Of a stretch of 64,000 nucleotides of DNA, positions 16,596-24,659 are shown piece after piece. The notes under the pieces were generated by a model. That model was not told where the DNA came from. It searched no databases and saw nothing but the letters and a program-made list of their open reading frames with translations. This DNA is from Gemmatimonadaceae bacterium (GTDB lineage: Bacteria > Gemmatimonadota > Gemmatimonadetes > Gemmatimonadales > Gemmatimonadaceae), in the NCBI GenBank assembly GCA_025934775.1, contig JAICWO010000004.1, forward strand, positions 114,724 through 178,723, given 5' to 3'. The first letter of the stretch is position 1. The number at the start of each line of letters is the position of its first letter. The position numbers were made by a program, and so were the translations under genes.

Positions 16596-18539
16596 TCATG
16601 GGAGCGCGAACGCCACCAACTTCGCGCCTCGCGCCGCTCCCGTCGCAATCACCACGAACTGCTTTCCTCCCGCGGTGCGGTACGTCATCGGCGTCGCGTA
16701 TCCATTCTGCCCGAGCTCCGCCGACCACAACACCTGTCCGCTCCGCGCATCCACCGCGTACAGCGTCGAGCCGCCGCCGGTCAGAAACACCAAGCCGCCC
16801 GCCGTCACGATCGGTCCCGGCGCGCCGGCAACGCCGAGCATCGGCGGAAGGGTCACTCCTTTTAGTATCGGATTGTTACGAATCGACGGCGTGTCGCCGA
16901 TCGGGACGTTCCACGCCGTCTCGCCGGTGTTGAGATCGATCGCCGCGAGCGTGCCGTACGGCGGCTTGTTGATCGGGAGCGGCGGAACGCGCGCGCCGCT
17001 GTCGCTTGGAAAAGTGAGGCGGAGTCCCTGCTGCGTGAGGTCCGCCGTGTACGCCGCATCTACCGTGTCGGACTTGGGAGGTTGATAGATCTTGTACAGC
17101 GCGGGGCTGTTCGTGGCTTTGATGTAGAGCATCCCCGTCGTCGGGTCGAACGCGCCGCCGCCCCAGCCGGCGCCGCCGATCGCGCCCGGCATCACGATCG
17201 TCCCGCCCATCGACGGCGGCGTGAAGAGCGGGCCGAGGCGATAGTCCTTCGTCGCGTCGAGCGCGCGTGCGCGAATCGCCGGCGTGAAGTCGATCACGTC
17301 GCCGAAGCCGAAGCCCTGCTTCGCGAACGGCGCCGGCTTCGTCGGCACCGGCTGCGACTGCGCCGCCTTCTCACCCGGTACGTCGCTCTGTGGCACCGAG
17401 TGCTCCACAATCGGCCAGATCGGCTTGCCCGTCACGCGGTCGAACACGAACAGAAAGCCGGTCTTCGCCGGCACCGCGACGATGTCGCGCTCCGCGCCGT
17501 CCACGCGAACCGTGCCGAGTACGGGGGCGGCGGGAAGATCGTAATCCCACAACCCGTGATGCACGGTCTGGAATGACCAGACGCGTTTGCCGTGACGCGC
17601 GTCGAGACAGACGATGGATTCCGCGTCCAGATCATCGCCCAGCCGCGCGCCGCCGTACCAATCGTTGCTCGGGGTGCTCACCGGGAGATACACGAGACCG
17701 CGCTTGTCGTCGACGCTGAACGGCGCCCACACGTTGGTGTGGCCCGTCGTCTTCCACGAATCGTCGTGCCACGTGTCGGCACCGTCGTCGTGCGGCCCGC
17801 GCGGAACCGGACTCCAATCCCAGACGCGCTTGCCGGACTTCACGTCGAACGCTTGCACGTCGCCCGGTGGATCATTGGGGTAGATCAGCCGATCGGCGAC
17901 GCCGTTGCCGACGATGACGAGATTGCGCCAGACCACCGGCGGCGACGTCTCGGTGTAGTGCAGCTTGTTCACCGGCTTTCCGTTTCGCGCCAGCTCGCGC
18001 GTCAGATCCACCACGCCGGTGTCGCCGAACGACTTGATCGGCGCGCCGGTCGATGCATCGAGGGCGATCAGGTTCCAGCGGCTGTTCATGAAGATTCGCC
18101 GCTGGTGACCGTCACTCCACGTGGCGACGCCGCGATGCACGAAGCCAGTGCCGTTCGACGGCTGACCGGTCGCGTACACCTTGGGATCGTACGACCACAG
18201 CTCGCGTCCCGTGTTCGCGTCCAGCGCGACGACACGATTGAACGACGTGCTCAGAAAGAGCGTGTCGCCGATCATGAGCGGGGTCGCCTCGAAGCTGCCC
18301 GGCCGCGCGGACGGGTTCGTGGTCGGCACTTCCCCCGTCGCCCACTCCCACGCTTTCTGCAGCGACTTCACGTTGTCGCGGTTGATCTGCGTGAGGGTCG
18401 AGTATTTCGTCGAGCCGAGGTCGCCGCCGTAGGCGGGCCACTCGACGCGTTGCGCGTTCGCGATCGCGCTTGCAAGCATCAGCGCGCCGAGCACGCCGCC
18501 ACTGAGGTGCATGGCCACGCGTCGAAGGACACGGAGCAC
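16596..18539 (-). CDS. PQQ-dependent dehydrogenase (glucose/quinate/shikimate family beta-propeller)
   Basis: EWPAYGGDLGSTKYS opening and repeated W-motif propeller blades over about 640 aa. Start is ambiguous: GTG 18539 gives VLRVLRRVAMHLSGG..ANAQ, ATG 18512 and the track start 18611 are alternatives. The 5' end overlaps repeat copy 2. Confidence 0.85.
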   Translation of the reverse strand: MLRVLRRVAMHLSGGVLGALMLASAIANAQRVEWPAYGGDLGSTKYSTLTQINRDNVKSLQKAWEWATGEVPTTNPSARPGSFEATPLMIGDTLFLSTSFNRVVALDANTGRELWSYDPKVYATGQPSNGTGFVHRGVATWSDGHQRRIFMNSRWNLIALDASTGAPIKSFGDTGVVDLTRELARNGKPVNKLHYTETSPPVVWRNLVIVGNGVADRLIYPNDPPGDVQAFDVKSGKRVWDWSPVPRGPHDDGADTWHDDSWKTTGHTNVWAPFSVDDKRGLVYLPVSTPSNDWYGGARLGDDLDAESIVCLDARHGKRVWSFQTVHHGLWDYDLPAAPVLGTVRVDGAERDIVAVPAKTGFLFVFDRVTGKPIWPIVEHSVPQSDVPGEKAAQSQPVPTKPAPFAKQGFGFGDVIDFTPAIRARALDATKDYRLGPLFTPPSMGGTIVMPGAIGGAGWGGGAFDPTTGMLYIKATNSPALYKIYQPPKSDTVDAAYTADLTQQGLRLTFPSDSGARVPPLPINKPPYGTLAAIDLNTGETAWNVPIGDTPSIRNNPILKGVTLPPMLGVAGAPGPIVTAGGLVFLTGGGSTLYAVDARSGQVLWSAELGQNGYATPMTYRTAGGKQFVVIATGAARGAKLVAFALP

Positions 18540-18630
18540 ACGGGTGCCACTGGGATTCACGGAATGAGTGGTGGGAGTCGGCATCGTCGTTCTCCGTGTT
18601 GCTCCGTGCATCCCGTGTGTTCAGTGCCCC
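18527..18630. repeat. CACGG-unit inverted array, copy 2 (compact, about 104 nt)
   Basis: + arm is GGACACGGAGCACACGGGTGCCACTGGGATTCACGG. The reverse complement of the right arm is GGCACTGAACACACGGGATGCACGGAGCAACACGG. The arms are 17 nt apart. Confidence 0.6.
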
Positions 18631-18730
18631 ACGAGGCGGAGCGGTAACGCGCAACGGCGCTCGGAGCGCCGAGTCAGACGATGCCGCCGGGACACTCGCA
18701 CCGCCAGAGCCGCGGGACGAAGGGTGTCGA

Positions 18731-19573
18731 CTACTTGATCCAGTGCCCGATCCGCGACCACCGAATATCGGTGATCGCCGGCAGCGGCCGATCGCTCACG
18801 GCACCATTGCACGGATCCGTCGGATCGCCGCCGGGCTTGTACGAGTAGTACACGAACAGCGGCCGGCCGCGAATGTTGTCGCGCGGCACCAGGCCCCAGT
18901 ACCGGCTGTCCTTGGAGCAGTAGCGATTGTCGCCCATCATGAAATAGTGATTGGGCGGGATGAGCAGCGGGCCCCAGTTGTCATGAATCGGCTGCGCGGG
19001 CGGCTGGCCGAAGCGCGTGCCCTTCACCTCGAACTTGTGCTGCCACTCGAAATCGGGATCGATCGAGTTCGCGGTCGCGGCATCGCCCTGCCACGCGCCC
19101 GACGTGAATCCCAACCGCTGCGGAATGCCGTTGAGATAGACGGTGCCGGCGCGCATGTAGATCGTGTCTCCCGGCATGCCGATCAAGCGCTTCACGAGCG
19201 TCGGCGTGGCTTCGCGTCCCGCGGCCACTTCGTCCGCCTGGTAGGGCGACTCGAACACGACCACGTCGTTGTGCTTGGGGCTGGCGTAGCCCGGCAAATG
19301 AGCATTCGTGAATGGGATCGTCGGCCCGTAGGCGAGCTTGTTCACGAACAGCCAGTCGCCGATCTGGAGCGTGGGGATCATGCTCCCCGACGGGATGCGA
19401 TACGCCTCGACGAATAACGTCTTGACGAAGAGATAGATCAGAATCGCGCCGGCGAGCGATTTGAAGTTCTCCCAGAGCCAGCGACTCGCGGGCTGCGACG
19501 ACTTCTTCTTTCCGCCGCTTCGCGCCTGCGCGACGACGTTGGGCTTGGCCGGCTTTTGTGCTCGTTTCGCCAT
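18731..19573 (-). CDS. lepB: signal peptidase I
   Basis: Catalytic Ser box IPSGSMIPTL, Lys box (VKRLIGMPGD), and GDNRYCSKDSRYWG. Confidence 0.9.
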   Translation of the reverse strand: MAKRAQKPAKPNVVAQARSGGKKKSSQPASRWLWENFKSLAGAILIYLFVKTLFVEAYRIPSGSMIPTLQIGDWLFVNKLAYGPTIPFTNAHLPGYASPKHNDVVVFESPYQADEVAAGREATPTLVKRLIGMPGDTIYMRAGTVYLNGIPQRLGFTSGAWQGDAATANSIDPDFEWQHKFEVKGTRFGQPPAQPIHDNWGPLLIPPNHYFMMGDNRYCSKDSRYWGLVPRDNIRGRPLFVYYSYKPGGDPTDPCNGAVSDRPLPAITDIRWSRIGHWIK

Positions 19574-19699
19574 GGATGAGATTGAATCTACTGCTCCTAC
19601 GGCGAATGCGGAGCACGTGTTCCATTCACCCGCGCGTGAGAGAAATGCAACGGGGGGACGCGCCCATGGCGCGTCCCCCCGCGTGCAATCCGTCGCCGA

Positions 19700-20077
19700 C
19701 TACTTCAGGTGCTTGTTGACGAGCTTGGTCATCTCGAACATCGAGACCTTGCCCTTGCCGCCGAACACCGGCTTGAGCTTGTCGTCGGCGTTGATCATGC
19801 GACGCTCTTTCGCGTCCTGGAGGTTGTTGCGCTTGATGTACCCCCAGAGCTTCTTCGTGATCTCGGTACGGGGCATCGGGTTGTTGCCGACGACCGCGCC
19901 GAGCGCCGCATCCGGCTGCATCGGCTTCATGAACGCCGCGTTCGGCGTCCGCTTCGCACCGCCCTTCTTCGCCGCTTTCTTGGTCGACTTCTTCGCGGCC
20001 TTCGCGGCTTTCTTGGCGCCGCCCTTCTTCGCGCCGCCTTTCTTGGCGGCTTTCTTTCCACCCTTCTTTGCAGCCAT
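19700..20077 (-). CDS. SWIB/MDM2-domain protein with N-terminal Lys/Ala-rich (histone H1-like) tail
   Basis: ATG at 20077 preceded by GGGAGAG. Tail is MAAKKGGKKAAKKGGAKKGGAKKAAKAAKK.... The SWIB core is MPRTEITKKLWGYIKRNNLQD...MFEMTKLVNKHL. Confidence 0.8.
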   Translation of the reverse strand: MAAKKGGKKAAKKGGAKKGGAKKAAKAAKKSTKKAAKKGGAKRTPNAAFMKPMQPDAALGAVVGNNPMPRTEITKKLWGYIKRNNLQDAKERRMINADDKLKPVFGGKGKVSMFEMTKLVNKHLK

Positions 20078-20130
20078 TCTCTCTCCCGGTAGATGGAATG
20101 GTTGGGGTTTGTCGCTCTGAAGTTCGCCGA

Positions 20131-20334
20131 TTTTCACTATGAAAACCGCGAGCTTCGAGGGCGAAAAGTATAATCATCGGCCCACAACGCAATAGGGAAA
20201 TTGCATTTTTCCCCTATGAAGAACGACACTTTCCCCTATGAAAACGGCCCGCGTTCACTCGGAACGGGGCCGTTTTCCACTCTGAGCGACGTCCACTTTC
20301 ACTCGCCGACGCAATGATTTCCCCTATGAAAATC
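20131..20334. repeat. cluster of AT-rich 15-nt direct repeats TTTCCCCTATGAAAA
   Basis: Identical copies at 20230-20244 and 20318-20332, one-mismatch copy at 20208-20222, diverged copy at 20131-20146 (TTTTCACTATGAAAAC), and inverted partial ATAGGGAAA at 20192-20200. TATAAT at 20169-20174. Confidence 0.7.
20241..20276. terminator. bidirectional intrinsic-terminator-like hairpin (AAAA-stem-loop-TTTT)
   Basis: AAAACGGCCCGCGTTC-ACTCG-GAACGGGGCCGTTTT: 12 GC-rich bp plus one bulge, flanked by A4/T4. Confidence 0.6.
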
Positions 20335-20388
20335 GCGTGTCCGTCGCGCCTGCATGCTTCGTTTGGCGCGCACGATCCCGCGTCCTTC

Positions 20389-20488
20389 GGCACGGATCAC
20401 ACTGGGAAAACGGAGTACACGGCAGGTTTCGTGTCGCCACTTTTTCCGTATGCTCCGTCGATCCCGTGTGCTCCGTGCCCACACGATT
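20389..20488. repeat. CACGG-unit inverted array, copy 3 (compact, about 100 nt)
   Basis: + arm is GGCACGGATCACACTGGGAAAACGGAGTACACGG. The reverse complement of the right arm is GGCACGGAGCACACGGGATCGACGGAGCATACGG. It ends 15 nt from the stop of the hydrolase gene. Confidence 0.6.
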
Positions 20489-20502
20489 GCGCACCGCGGT
20501 CC

Positions 20503-22077
20503 CTACTGGAATTGCGCACTCAACCAATCCGCGATCGCGCCCAACACCTCTCTGCGCACGTGTAGCGACGGCAGCGATGGATACCGCAGCGCCCCGCTCG
20601 CATCCATCGGCGCGCCATTGGGATCGGCGAGAAAGAGGTGATCCGTCTCGGGGAACATTCGCACCGTCACGTGCGTATTGCCGCCCGCTCGAAATGCCGC
20701 CGCGAGCTTCGCCGCCTCGCTCGGCGGCACCTGACGATCCGTCTCTCCCTGCAGAATGAGCACGGGCGTCTTCACGCGCCGCGCCGTCGTGCTGGGATCG
20801 TGCGCGAGGAAGAACTGCTCCCAACCGGGCTTCGCCGCGATGCTGTCGAGCGCGCGCCGCTCGAGCGCGAAGATCGAGTCGCGCGCGGCGCCCGTGAGAT
20901 GGCGCAGACTGTCGACCGCATACGTGAACTGATCCATCACGATCTCGCGCCCGGTCGACGCCGGCCCCGCCATGAGCACGATCGCGCGAATCGTCGGGTC
21001 CGTCGCGGCAATCATCGGAGCGATCTCGCCGCCTTCGCTGTGTCCGACGAGCGCGATCCGCGAGCCGTCGATCTCGGGACGCTTGCGTAGATACGCGACA
21101 CCGGCGCGAATGTCGTTCGCGAAATCGGCGCTCGTCGCCGTCAGCGGACCGACGTCAGATCCGTTCATGCCGCGGTCGTCGAGCCGCAACACCGCGATGC
21201 CACGCCGCCCGAGCGTGTCGGCGAGATCGCGGAACGGACGATAGCCCGGAATCGCCGGCGATTCTTCGTCGCGATCCTCCGGCCCCGAGCCGGTGATCGT
21301 CACCACGGCCGGCGCACGGCCCGTCGCGCGTGCTTTGGGGAGCGTGAGCGTGCCCGAGAGACGAAGTCCCTGCGGCGTGTGCACCACCACTTCTTCCGCG
21401 GTGTACGGCGCGTCCGGCGGTGCATTGTATCGGTCGGGCGCGACGATCTTCGCATTGTCGTCGCGCACGATGCGGAGATGCTGCGCGGGGACCGCGCCCT
21501 CGATCAAGCGTCCGTCACGCGAGAGCCGCAGTTGCATCGTGACGCCGGCGTACGAGAGCGTCACCGAATCGGGTGGCGCGAACGTCGCGCCGAGGGGAAT
21601 CGTGCGGCCGCCGTTCGTCGCGAAGAGCAGCATCGTCGATTTCGGCGTTCCGTCCGACAGATCGCGCGCGCGAATCGCCATCTGCTCGATGAACACCGCC
21701 GACGGATTGAGCGTGAGCATCACGCCGTTCACCGCGGGAACGCGAACGGCGCCGTGGCCGGCGTCGACGATCACCGTGTCGCCAGCGAGCGTGAAGCTCG
21801 CCGGCCCGCCGATCGTGTCGCTCGACGACGCGAACACGCGCGTCTCGAGCCGCGCGATTACCCCGCGCGCGCCGAGCGTCGCATGGTAGTGGACGCGCGA
21901 GCCGCGCATGCGATCGACGAACTCCCCGTCGAGCGTCGTCGGCGTGCGCGTCGCCTGCTCGGCGAAGATCGTGTCGGCATTCGAGATCAGGTAATAGCCT
22001 TCGTGCATGGGCTGCTGCTGTGCTCGCGCGAGCGTGGGCAGCAGCAGGGCCGCGATGGCCAGATGGGCGTAGCTCAT
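20503..22077 (-). CDS. secreted alpha/beta-hydrolase (S9/dienelactone-hydrolase-like) with N-terminal beta-rich domain
   Basis: In-frame ATG at 22077 (MSYAHLAIAALLLPTLARAQ) inside track ORF 20503..22701. Nucleophile elbow GHSEGG, and later GETDRQV and ETDHLF (Asp/His). Confidence 0.85.
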   Translation of the reverse strand: MSYAHLAIAALLLPTLARAQQQPMHEGYYLISNADTIFAEQATRTPTTLDGEFVDRMRGSRVHYHATLGARGVIARLETRVFASSSDTIGGPASFTLAGDTVIVDAGHGAVRVPAVNGVMLTLNPSAVFIEQMAIRARDLSDGTPKSTMLLFATNGGRTIPLGATFAPPDSVTLSYAGVTMQLRLSRDGRLIEGAVPAQHLRIVRDDNAKIVAPDRYNAPPDAPYTAEEVVVHTPQGLRLSGTLTLPKARATGRAPAVVTITGSGPEDRDEESPAIPGYRPFRDLADTLGRRGIAVLRLDDRGMNGSDVGPLTATSADFANDIRAGVAYLRKRPEIDGSRIALVGHSEGGEIAPMIAATDPTIRAIVLMAGPASTGREIVMDQFTYAVDSLRHLTGAARDSIFALERRALDSIAAKPGWEQFFLAHDPSTTARRVKTPVLILQGETDRQVPPSEAAKLAAAFRAGGNTHVTVRMFPETDHLFLADPNGAPMDASGALRYPSLPSLHVRREVLGAIADWLSAQFQ

Positions 22078-22709
22078 CTCTTGGTTTCCTCTCTCCAGGC
22101 GAAATACGAGTACACGACGGCGGCGAGCGACGAGCCCGCTCCGAACACGACGATCGCGGGCAGCGCGACCAGCGGCGGCAGAAATGCGGCGATCACGATC
22201 AGGACGCCCGCCGCCACGAACAGGCGGCCGCCGACGCGATGCGTGCGCTCCCAGACGCGATCGTTGCTCAGCGTCCACGGTGTCCGGATGCCGAACCACC
22301 AGTTGGGCCTCGCGCGCGGCATCACGTTGCCGATGACGACGAGCATGAGGCCGATCGCCGCCGGAATCACGCGTTCGATCGCAACGTGCGCGCCGAGCGC
22401 CGCGGCGATGCTCGACCCGTGCGCGAGCAAGACGATCGTGAGCGCGGCGTTCACGACGAGGTCGTAGGTCCCTTCCATTTTCGCGTAGTTCGCGCGCCGC
22501 GGATCGATCCTCGGCAGCCCGCGCAGGAAGGCCCACATCACGAGCAGCAGCGCGGGAAAGAGCACGGTCGCGAACAGCCGCGAGCCATATCCGTTTGGCT
22601 GCCCGTGGATGTTCCAGTGGATCGGGACGCGATCGGGCAGCCGCGGGTAGGCGTACACGGACACGATGATGGAGAGCACGACCAGCAGCGCCGGATACCA
22701 CTTACGCAT
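22074..22709 (-). CDS. SdpI/YhfL-family membrane protein (DUF1648 + SdpI domains)
   Basis: YPRLPDRVPIHWNIHGQPNGYG opening and the NWWFGIRTPWTLSNDRVWERTHR block, with 6 TM. Its stop overlaps the hydrolase start (ATGA). Confidence 0.8.
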   Translation of the reverse strand: MRKWYPALLVVLSIIVSVYAYPRLPDRVPIHWNIHGQPNGYGSRLFATVLFPALLLVMWAFLRGLPRIDPRRANYAKMEGTYDLVVNAALTIVLLAHGSSIAAALGAHVAIERVIPAAIGLMLVVIGNVMPRARPNWWFGIRTPWTLSNDRVWERTHRVGGRLFVAAGVLIVIAAFLPPLVALPAIVVFGAGSSLAAVVYSYFAWREETKR

Positions 22710-22989
22710 TTCGTTTTCCTCCGGGTTTGCGGTTGGGCTTCACCCATTCGAGAATCTGCTCGACGATGTCGTCGACCACGGTGGTGTTGAGCTCGTAGAC
22801 GATCTGCTGCCCGTTCCGCTCGGAGAGGATGAGCTCCGCCTCGCGCAGCACGGCGAGATGGCGCGAGATCGTCGCCCACGACGTGGGGAATCGTTGCGCG
22901 ATCTCCCCGGACGTGCGGGGGCCGTCGCGCAGCAGGCGCAGGATCTCGCGCCGGGTGGGATCGGCGAGCGCTTTGAAGGCAGATTGCAT
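22702..22989 (-). CDS. ArsR/SmtB-family (SdpR-like) transcriptional repressor
   Basis: FKALADPTRREILRLL...SGEIAQRFPTSWATISRHLAVLREAELI winged-HTH. 8-nt overlap with the SdpI-like gene. Confidence 0.9.
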   Translation of the reverse strand: MQSAFKALADPTRREILRLLRDGPRTSGEIAQRFPTSWATISRHLAVLREAELILSERNGQQIVYELNTTVVDDIVEQILEWVKPNRKPGGKRNA

Positions 22990-23002
22990 ACTTAGCTAAG
23001 TA
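22989..23002. promoter_or_regulatory. 14-bp perfect palindrome TACTTAGCTAAGTA abutting the ArsR start codon (operator candidate)
   Basis: Perfect dyad in an AT-rich tract (22985-23012). It includes the A of the ATG. No Shine-Dalgarno lies between it and the start. Confidence 0.5.
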
Positions 23003-23058
23003 CGTAAATATGGGGCGCGGAGTTTCAGGAGGGAGAGGTTCGAGCACCTCTCGCGGCG

Positions 23059-23955
23059 TTAGACCCGCGCGAACGTCGCCAGCAGCGCCATCATCTGCAC
23101 GTCGTACGGATCGGGTGTCGGATCGTCTTCGCCCACGTCGGCCGCGAGCTGCGGCGTCTCGAGAATGAGCGGAATCCCCTGCGAGCGCCGATCGGCGAAC
23201 AACCGCCGGAACGGCTCCGCGCCAATCTGCCCATCGCCGATCAGCACGTGGCGGTCCTTGTTCGACGCCAACGCGCCTTCGCTGTCGTTCAAGTGCACGA
23301 AGCCCGGCGCCTCGCCCGTCTCCTCCTCGAACTCGTCCAGCACGCGCGCCACCGCATCGTCGCCCGCGCGCAGATCGTATCCCGACGCGTACAGGTGGCA
23401 GGTGTCGAGCCCGTAGCCGGTGCGATGCCGCAGCGCTTTCGGCACGTGCAGCAGAATCGATCCCACTTCCGCCGCCGTTTTCGCGAACGTGCGCCCCGCG
23501 CCCGCCGTGTTCTCCACGAGCACGCGCGTGTGCCCGTCCGGCACGCTCTCGAGCGCGTGCACGATCGCCATCGCCACACGCTCCGCCGCCGCTTCGCGAT
23601 TGTCGTCGGTCGCGGCGCCGGGATGAAAGCAGATCGCGCCGATCCCGAGCGCAGTCGAGCGCTCCAGCTCTTTCGCGAGGCCGGCGCGTGCGCGCGACGA
23701 CTTCTCTTCATCGGGCGTCGCGGTGTTCAGCACGTAGGCCGCGTGCGCCACCACGTGCTTGGGATCGATCTCCGTTTCCGCGAGCGCGGCCTTGAACCGC
23801 TCCACGCGCTCCGGTTTGATCGACGACTTGTCGCCGTAGAACTTCGGGATCGTGGTGAAGATCTGCAGCGCCCGCATCCCGGCCGCGCCCGCTCGACGAG
23901 CGGCCATGTGGATGCCGCCGTTGTCGATCGTGTGCGCGCCGAAGTAGTGGGTCAC
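23059..23955 (-). CDS. nfo: deoxyribonuclease IV (endonuclease IV, AP endonuclease family 2)
   Basis: GAHT...AHAAYVLN...ICFHPG...VLVENTAG...DTCHLYASGYD...VHLNDS...DRHVLIG metal-ligand blocks in the canonical order. Confidence 0.9.
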   Translation of the reverse strand: MTHYFGAHTIDNGGIHMAARRAGAAGMRALQIFTTIPKFYGDKSSIKPERVERFKAALAETEIDPKHVVAHAAYVLNTATPDEEKSSRARAGLAKELERSTALGIGAICFHPGAATDDNREAAAERVAMAIVHALESVPDGHTRVLVENTAGAGRTFAKTAAEVGSILLHVPKALRHRTGYGLDTCHLYASGYDLRAGDDAVARVLDEFEEETGEAPGFVHLNDSEGALASNKDRHVLIGDGQIGAEPFRRLFADRRSQGIPLILETPQLAADVGEDDPTPDPYDVQMMALLATFARV

Positions 23956-24659
23956 GTCCCGGTTTCCTTCCAGAGGTTGAGCATTCGCGAGCCGCCAACG
24001 TAATCAACACTCTCCGGATTCTTCAGTCGTCGCAAGCGGCGCACGACTTCCGCGATCCGGAGCGCCTGCTCGTGGATGACGTCGAGCAGCTCGTTGCGCT
24101 CGCCTTTCTCCTCGAGCTCCATGATCATGAGCTCCGCGTTCCCGAGGAGCGCGGAGAGCGGATTGTTGATCTCGTGCTGCAGAGCGAGGGTCGCTTCGCC
24201 GATGCCCGCGAGCCATCTCGCCTTCGAGAGCTCCGCCTCCGCGTTCCGGCGCGCCGCGTCCTGCGCGATGCGCCGCCGCGCGACGATCAGTCGCGCGCGC
24301 AGATCCTCGGGCGTCGTCGGCTTGGCGATGAACTCGTCGGCGCCCGCGTCGAGCACGCGCTCGAGCGACTCGGGCTGATCGCGCGTCGTGAGAAACAGGA
24401 CGAACGCTTCACGCTTGTCGTCGCGCTCGCGAATCCGCCGGCACACATCGAGTCCGTCGATCTCCGGCATCTCCGCGTCCAGAATGACGAGATCCGGATG
24501 CGCGGATTGAAACTTCTCCCATGCCTCGCGCCCGTTCGCCGCGACCTCGCAGTGATGGCCGAGCTCCGCCAGCACGGCGACGACCAGCAGGCGCGCGATC
24601 GGATCATCGTCCGCGACGAGCGCCTTGAGCGGCGCCGGCCGCGCATCGGCGAGCGTCAT
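23952..24659 (-). CDS. response-regulator receiver fused to a HisKA/DHp domain, with no ATP-binding domain
   Basis: REC (LVADDDP...LILDAEMPEIDG...AKPT), then coiled coil plus H box LQHEINNPLSALLGNAEL. The ORF ends about 55 aa later, with no N/G boxes. Confidence 0.85.
   Translation of the reverse strand: MTLADARPAPLKALVADDDPIARLLVVAVLAELGHHCEVAANGREAWEKFQSAHPDLVILDAEMPEIDGLDVCRRIRERDDKREAFVLFLTTRDQPESLERVLDAGADEFIAKPTTPEDLRARLIVARRRIAQDAARRNAEAELSKARWLAGIGEATLALQHEINNPLSALLGNAELMIMELEEKGERNELLDVIHEQALRIAEVVRRLRRLKNPESVDYVGGSRMLNLWKETGT

Noticed and set aside
20192-20206. A sigma-54 type promoter (GG...GC) in ATAGGGAAATTGCAT.
   Set aside because: The spacing between the GG and GC dinucleotides is about 7 nt rather than the required 10, and TGGCAC/TTGCW are not matched.
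20299-20565. Track ORFs in the AT-rich/repeat intergenic region (20299..20484(-), 20314..20565(+), 20337..20759(+), 20354..20641(+)).
   Set aside because: They are composed of the repeat arrays and hairpins or are antisense to the hydrolase 3' end. They have no SD and no protein-like features.
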